DNA from: Dirinaria sp. TL-2023a | Taxonomy: Eukaryota | DNA length: 41,668 nucleotides | Direction: 5' to 3' | NCBI GenBank assembly: GCA_051941275.1 | Contig: JAVEBF010000039.1 | Coordinates: 1-41,668 of the forward strand | Shown here: positions 35,363 to 41,668 of the stretch, in pieces | Position numbering within the stretch: the stretch's first letter is position 1 | How the letters are laid out: each line of letters begins with the position of its first letter | Position numbers and translations under genes: made by a program | The notes under the pieces: model-generated | Told to the model about the DNA's origin: nothing | Database searches by the model: none | The model's input: the letters and a program-made list of their open reading frames with translations, nothing else

Positions 35363-35887
35363 TTTGATCCGTCGTTGAGGAACCTAATCGGAGAAATGGG
35401 ATCTGAGACATGCATCGAGGCGAGCAAATTGAAAGTGGAAAGTGGGGTGCCTTTTTCTCAACTGATGAGGCTACGATGAGTGGAGGGACCCGAAGGATTC
35501 CCTCAGGCTCACGCCTAACCGCTTTCAGCTGCAAGGTCCCAATTGGTTCAGAGCCGTTTCACGAGATGATAGGCTGCTTTAGCGATGGTCAATTGCCTTA
35601 GCTGTGCCGTTATAGGTGGGCTTGGAGGCAGGACGAGAGTGGATGGAAGAGTCCAACTACTTGATACACAGGCTTCCAAGAAGCTTTGAATCGTCAGCAC
35701 GACGCCAAGCCAGCAACATACCCTAGGGTACTCCTGTCCTCCATGCTAAATGGAATTACAACATGCGCGGTAAGTCACTATTGTCAATTATAGACTCCGG
35801 ACGTTTTCTACACATCACTATGCGGTTTCCAAAGGCCAACTCCACTTTGATGCTAAAATCCATATCCAGCCGATCGTTTTCCCATCA

Positions 35888-38332
35888 TCAGTAAGTATTT
35901 TGAAACTTATACAGCGGTTCCAAATGGACGTCTCGACGAAGTATATACCGCTGGAATGTATATGGTATCACTTTTCGTATTTGATAGTCCATGTGCTTGG
36001 TGGTAGGAACAGCGACTACGACCGGAGGTTAGCTTTGGCGGCCTTGCTCGACAACAGACGTGGAACCTCACAGATGTAATCCAACTCCTCTAATGTGCGC
36101 TGCTTTGTTTCTGGAACCCACAGAAAGATCATCCAGAAAGCGATGATGTTCAGACCTCTGTCATCCTTAATGTCAGCAAGGAGTGGCCGGAAACTCGTGA
36201 CTGGCAGATTGTCTTACGCGAAGAACCCTATAGCTCCTGTTGGCGTGAGGGCGCTCGTCAACTTTGGGAACACAATCGTCAGGATAGCCGCCCAGAACAG
36301 GTTAATGGACACGGCCAGACTCATGCCGACCTCTGATGAAAGTCAGCGTCTACGGCCGATGCCGCTGGAGAGGAATGTCTTACCGCGGTGGAAGAGAGGA
36401 AATGCTTCGGCCGAGTATGTAAAAGGCACCGGCCCCTCACCTGGCGAGTAGAATGCCGCGAAAATATAGATGAAAAAAGTTATCATGCCCAGATGAGCCG
36501 GGCTGTCATCCGGAATATAGAAGCAAAACCCCGATGCCAGCAGTGACCAGGCCATATGCGGGAATGTGAAAAGGAGTAGCTTTCGACGTCCAAAGTAGTC
36601 GATGGATCGGACAGCCGGCCAAGCAAAACTAGAAAGGGTTTTAGTGGTCGAATACACCATATATACCTACGGGTATAGCTTACGCAAAGTTGATGAGACC
36701 GAAGCCCCAAGACACAAGCAAAGCGCTTTTCTCACTAGCCTTGGCGTCTACAAAGAGGGTGGATGAATAGAACGCGAGGATGTTTATCCCGCACATTTGC
36801 TGCGCGATCATCACGACAAATGCTGCCAGAGTGGCTCTTCGAATGCGCGCAATGGTGAATAGCTGTACAAAGCGGGTCGTATATCTGCCGCTACTTGAGT
36901 AATGTTCTTCGTCATCGGTCAACGTGATATCTCCGTCCCCTAACATCATTTCCTCCAACCGAACTTGAGCATGGATGTAGTAGAGATCACGAGCTGCTTG
37001 GAGGGGGGTGTTACGAAGACGCTGCAGGGAGCTGAAAGCATCATGATACCGATGCTTCTTTATGTACCACCGAGGGGATTCTAGACATAGATCAGCCTCT
37101 CGATCGAGTGACAAAACATGTCGGCCACGTACCGGGAACAAAGTATATGCCAATCACCAAGGGAATTGCTGGGATAAAAGCCGATCCAAGCTGTAACCGC
37201 CATGCGATTGGGCCAACTTGATATAAGATTAGGTTTGCTGTGAGGCCCCTGGAACAGTACTTGTTAGCCATAGCGATTCTGGATCGTTTGGAGTGAGAGC
37301 ACAGCTTACAGAAATATCCCAAAGGCCACCCAAAGCTGCCACCCCATGACCAAGCTACCACGTATAGAAGCGGGTGAGTTCTCTGCAGCCAATACAGGTA
37401 TTGTTGACGCCTTCGATCCCATACCCAAGCCGAGCAACAGGCGGCATATAAACAGCTGTACCCACGATTGAGTGAAGGCCGATCCAAGGACGGAGAAGAA
37501 GCAGAACCACGCGGAGAAAAATATCGTGCCGCGACGACCAAGACGGTGGTTTAAGGGATGAGAAAGCCAACATCCTCTGCCAGACGTTAGTGAGGACTGA
37601 TGAATGATCGAGGTTACCGCGAGAGTAATTACATCAAGGCGGCTGCGATATACGGTGCTGCATTCACTAATCCTATAATCCAAAAGTCGTTGGGTTTTTT
37701 ACTGGGGTTGAGGCCAAAATCTTGAGGCCAATTGAGGTTGGCGCCGTTGGATCCTGTTTGGTCCCAGCCCCTTTCACGAGTTTTTCGTCAGCAATTGGAG
37801 CCCAGCTCTTCGTTCCCGCCGACAATGTCAGACTCACTGGACCGCGGCTCCGATGGAGCAGATAATGATGGTCAAGTAGAGAGCCAATGGCTGCCGGAAA
37901 CGACGGACTCGGTCGTCTCGCAAAGCCTCCTTTTCGTAATCTGTCACACCGGGGATCGCGTCGAAGTATTGCGGGTCTTTTGCAATCAGCGCGCCTTTCA
38001 TCAGTAATTCCAGATGGTCCTCCAAGCGGCTCGTCCGCGCGAAATGACGGACATCCCGCTGCAGCTGTTCCGGGGTGAGGTGAACCAAAGGATTCTCGAT
38101 ACTGGAAGGAGAGATTAGCGAGAAGCGCCCAGCCAGCACGGGATCTGAACATTCTCACAGGGCTTCGATGTTCCGGTTGAGATCAACACCTTTGAGAGCG
38201 TCCTCTGCGGATCGACTCCTCTATTTTCCCACAGTGTCAGCCTTGTCAAGCAGTCAAGGAAGGTGAGGCTGGTATGAGCAGACGCACATAAATCCTGCGA
38301 GCCGAGCCCAAGGAGTTCTTGCGCTCCTCCAT
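35888..38332 (-). CDS. MFS sugar porter family transporter (polyol/inositol/pentose type), multi-exon
   Basis: [111 protein letters not shown]. First exon [15 protein letters not shown] (38332-38288); stop TGA at 35890-35888. Confidence 0.92.
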
Positions 38333-38470
38333 CTGCTCTGGTCATTCAAGTTGGGGAGTGAAAGAAAACCTTTGAGCACTGGGCAGGGGTGAAGGAGCAC
38401 CGAGCCAGCAATCATCGAGACGAGAGCTCAGGGATGGGAAGCGCTTCAGCCTCCTTCACTCACCGGTACC

Positions 38471-38545
38471 CCACCACCATCATTCCTACTACTACTACCA
38501 CCACTACGACCACCACTGGTCCAATACCGACGCTACCACCATCAT
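38471..38545. repeat. Degenerate (ACC/ACT)n trinucleotide tract upstream of the transporter ATG
   Basis: ccaccaccatcattcctactactactaccaccactacgaccaccact. Confidence 0.55.
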
Positions 38546-39022
38546 AAGGTAGTGGTGGGCTACGGCTGACTGCATACGCCGCTTAGGAAGCCCAACTCCC
38601 CATACAAATTGCTCGGTTGTGTCGCACCGCAGGCTTGGCAGCGTCTGTCCTTCCACTTGACTTCAGCCCGCCGCACAAATCTCCCGTCAAATGGGACAGA
38701 CCCGATCCATGGGCTGCAGCAAATTGTTGCATTGTCGAATATGTGTTTGCTCTGATTGAGTCAATGTTTGACCGTCTACTCAAATAGCTGACGCGACCGC
38801 AACGGCTTCGAAAAAGCATCGACCCCAAGGAAGACCTCCGAATGGAAAGCTGAAGAAGCTAAGACGGCGGCGCGGGATGCGTAATATTGCGTACTCCGAT
38901 CGTTAGAGCTGTTAAGCCTTTCCAGGATGGCTACGACAGCTGTCATGCGGGCACTAGGTAATCTTACCGACCTCCCTACGTACTTTGTTCTAGGTCCTGC
39001 CTTTCGATCGCCGCCACTAACA

Positions 39023-39060
39023 GCGGGGAGGGCGGGGGTAGAGGGGTAGCACCCGCGGAG
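39023..39060. promoter_or_regulatory. Cluster of three CreA/Cre1-type SYGGRG sites overlapping a G-quadruplex-type motif, about 0.7 kb upstream of the sugar transporter
   Basis: GCGGGG at 39023, GCGGGG at 39032, GCGGAG at 39055; GGGGAGGGCGGGGGTAGAGGGG at 39025-39046. Confidence 0.4.
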
Positions 39061-39149
39061 GAGACTCCCCTCGCACCAGCAGGACCAATAGTCGCAAGTT
39101 AGTGTGTAGCTTTACGCACATAAGCTATTCCTTGTTAATGTTCTCGTGT

Positions 39150-40750
39150 TTGCCTTTTGCAAAATGATATACGGAGTAGAGAAAGATCGTCTACAGTATC
39201 AAGCTACTTGAATGCGAAGGTCGACTTCAATCCACGGCACAAGCTCTGGCATTTCGCGCTAGATCCTAATTCGGCCGGCTACCTTAGCGCAGGGTGGCAC
39301 TCAATTTCCTCCTCTACCTGCGACGTAGACGCCGTAAAATGGAGATCCGTCATTTCACATCCTTGGGTTCACCTGCCAATAGAGTACTTTAGGGTCTTGT
39401 CTTATCTTCTTTCTTGTGTGCTCAGTCCCCGCGGTAGATGAAGCTGTCCTGTGCTTTATCTACTACCTTCCTCAGCGTTCATTGTTCAATTTGATTTTCC
39501 TTGCTCCCTGAGCAGTGGGCCACGGGAAAATTCTTACGCCTCAGCAATCAGACTCCTTCCCAAAGCGCGATTCAGCCAAATAGCCATATCTGCACCATCA
39601 ACAGCAGGATGAAGATATTGGCCGGTGACGTCGAAATACTTGGAATCGAAAATTTCACTGTGCCAGGTCTTGCTCCAGCAATACAGTACACCGATATGTA
39701 GTAGCAGAGAAATCGGCGGCCTTTAGATCTAAGGGTAATTAAAAGTTTGGAGTGCTAAGCAAAATATAGTGGTAGTGGGTGTGGGCAATATTCAGTGGGG
39801 GATATCGTACCTAGCTAAGGACTTTTATATACCTCCACAATTCGCTCAATTACCACAACGCGGGGAAAGAAACAGCGTTCCTCAAGACATCTACCTCTCC
39901 TTATTGATAATCAGGTTGTTGCAAGGTATGATCGATGTCGAAGGTTGTAGCAAGGCGAGCTACGGCCACCATCTTCAGCCAAGAAAATCATTAGATTTAG
40001 GCGTTCCCAATCCCCTCTTCTTGCTCAGTGCCATCCAACGTGTAAGGAATGGTTACATGCGGTCGGATCCGACCTACAATTTCTTCCCTTTTACTCTTAC
40101 TCACGTCCTTTCTTCTGTCCTCCCATTCTCTATTAGCTTCCACGTGTCAAAAGTACCGAGCCAGCCGCCTCGACATACTAATCCCTTTTATTTCTGTCTG
40201 AACAGAAAGAAGTAACGTCATTGCTGAGCTCAAGGACTGCGAATGCGAAGAACAAGGCTTCGGCTCTCCTGACGAGGCATGCCTGGCTAGCGAACAACAA
40301 CGCAACATCGGCTTTTACGAGTGCGTCCAACGAGATTGGGAGGACTCAACCTTCCCCACCGTAGCTACCGAGGAATTTCCTCCTCACTACCAATTTATCT
40401 TCGAAGTAACACGTGCTCGCTTCTTTTCAACGCCAGTCCCATTGACCATGGCACCCGGCTTCCAGGGCACCCGACAAGAGACAGAAAGCTGAAAAACAAT
40501 ATAAGCAGCTTCGAGAGGCAGCAGAAGTGAAGATAATAACATAAAATAAGCCTTGTAAACCCACATTTGTCGGATTTAGATGAATTAGAGGCACTTCTGA
40601 TGAACTGGACCAAAGAAGGTCTCAATTGCCTAAAACTCAAGGAAGTGGAACTTTTGTGGGCAGTAAAAATCTACAGTCTAACCACTTCCGTCCAACCATC
40701 CTTGGCAGTTTGTTAGTGGTGGTGAGTTTTCTCGGTCTTACAACATCCTA
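39150..40750. pseudogene. Degenerate intron-containing gene remnant; strand uncertain, probably plus
   Basis: Plus-strand branch/acceptor TACTAAT...AACAG (about 40176-40205) is followed by protein-like NVIAELKDCECEEQGFGSPDEACL...FPPHYQFIFEV and LSDLDELEALLMNWTKEGL, interrupted by stops and frameshifts. Confidence 0.4.
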
Positions 40751-41012
40751 CTTAGTCGAACGATTTCAATCCGGATCGATTATCATGTTCTCAAAATAGC
40801 GTTTTGCTCAGCGCTCAACATTAAAATGCCACGTGATCCAAATTGAAGTCCATATTTCCGATCGCAATCTCTTAAAGCCCCCATGGAGACGCCAATACTT
40901 AATTTTATTTCGAGGAGAAGGCGGGGAGAGAGGTTTGGTGGAGGACAAGAGGGGTGATGGGTGTTTGAAGAGCTGATAGCGCTTCGATGGAGGGTTCGTA
41001 GGCTACTTTATG

Positions 41013-41088
41013 GGGAATCGGGTTGCGAAAGATAGGATGAAGATGGATCTGGGAATTGGGTTGCGAAGGATAGGATGAAGATGAACCT
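41013..41088. repeat. 38-bp direct tandem duplication
   Basis: gggaatcgggttgcgaaagataggatgaagatggatct / gggaattgggttgcgaaggataggatgaagatgaacct; four differences, all transitions. Confidence 0.9.
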
Positions 41089-41099
41089 GGATAGTGTTG

Positions 41100-41668
41100 A
41101 CGGTATAGCTCTCTGGAAGGTTTAGGTCATGAATGCATTGCTGTTGTTACAGAAAGTCAAAAAGGTCGAACTTCGAAAGACGTCAATATTGTATAAGAAG
41201 CGTAGCCTCACGGATAGAAGTACCGAGCACAAATTGACTATCCTATGAATACTCATTCCATTACTCCAGCAAAAAACAACGATGCCTCGGAAATCGATGA
41301 AGAAACCACGACCTCTTCTGGAATAAATCCTAAAGAAAAGCCAATCCGTATATCCAGCAGAGACTCAGATGGAGAGAGTAAAAAATGTCAAAAGCATCCC
41401 ACACGTCTTTCCCACCTTTTGACTTCTGGGGCGATACAACGAAGGCCGTCCTAGCTGTCATCTAAAGAGATTCGGTTTCAATTAGCTCTGTAATCGGCAT
41501 CCTCTCGCGTCGAATCACTCACATCCTATTTAGTCTCTCTCTTCGATGACTGCTGATGCGAAATTTTTCTTGCCGCTGCTCGAATCATGTTTCATGATAA
41601 TCCTGTTAGAGAAAACCACTGTGAATAATGATTGTGGTGAGATTTCGTTAGATTAACAACATATTATT
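41100..41668. other. Start of another TC/GA-enriched degenerate region running off the window
   Basis: Same tcga/aga/tct-rich texture as 15-25 kb. ORF 41245-41454 continues past stops like a pseudogene. Confidence 0.4.

Overview
Intron-containing genomic DNA from a filamentous ascomycete (Pezizomycotina). Intact genes: partial ribose-phosphate pyrophosphokinase (+), 40S ribosomal protein S6 (-), a secreted S41-family peptidase with a Cys-rich tail (-), a fungal NLR (HeLo/SesA-like N-terminus, NACHT, ankyrins) with a ZZ-type zinc finger inserted inside the NACHT (+), an F-box protein (+), dynactin p150Glued (-), a TPR-plus-ankyrin protein with candidate PP1-docking motifs (-) and an MFS sugar porter (-). 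Between the F-box and dynactin genes lies a ~13 kb island with no intact gene. It holds a packed, mostly minus-strand series of stop-riddled pseudogenes that I could not assign to any family. They include a zinc-knuckle/RGG protein followed by a poly(A) run, a 33-aa tandem-repeat protein and proteins with internal domain duplications. Most of the island shows an apparent CpC->TpC-biased RIP-like signature. A second degenerate region begins at about 39.1 kb and runs off the right end. All calls come from manual reading and translation; no database searches were run.
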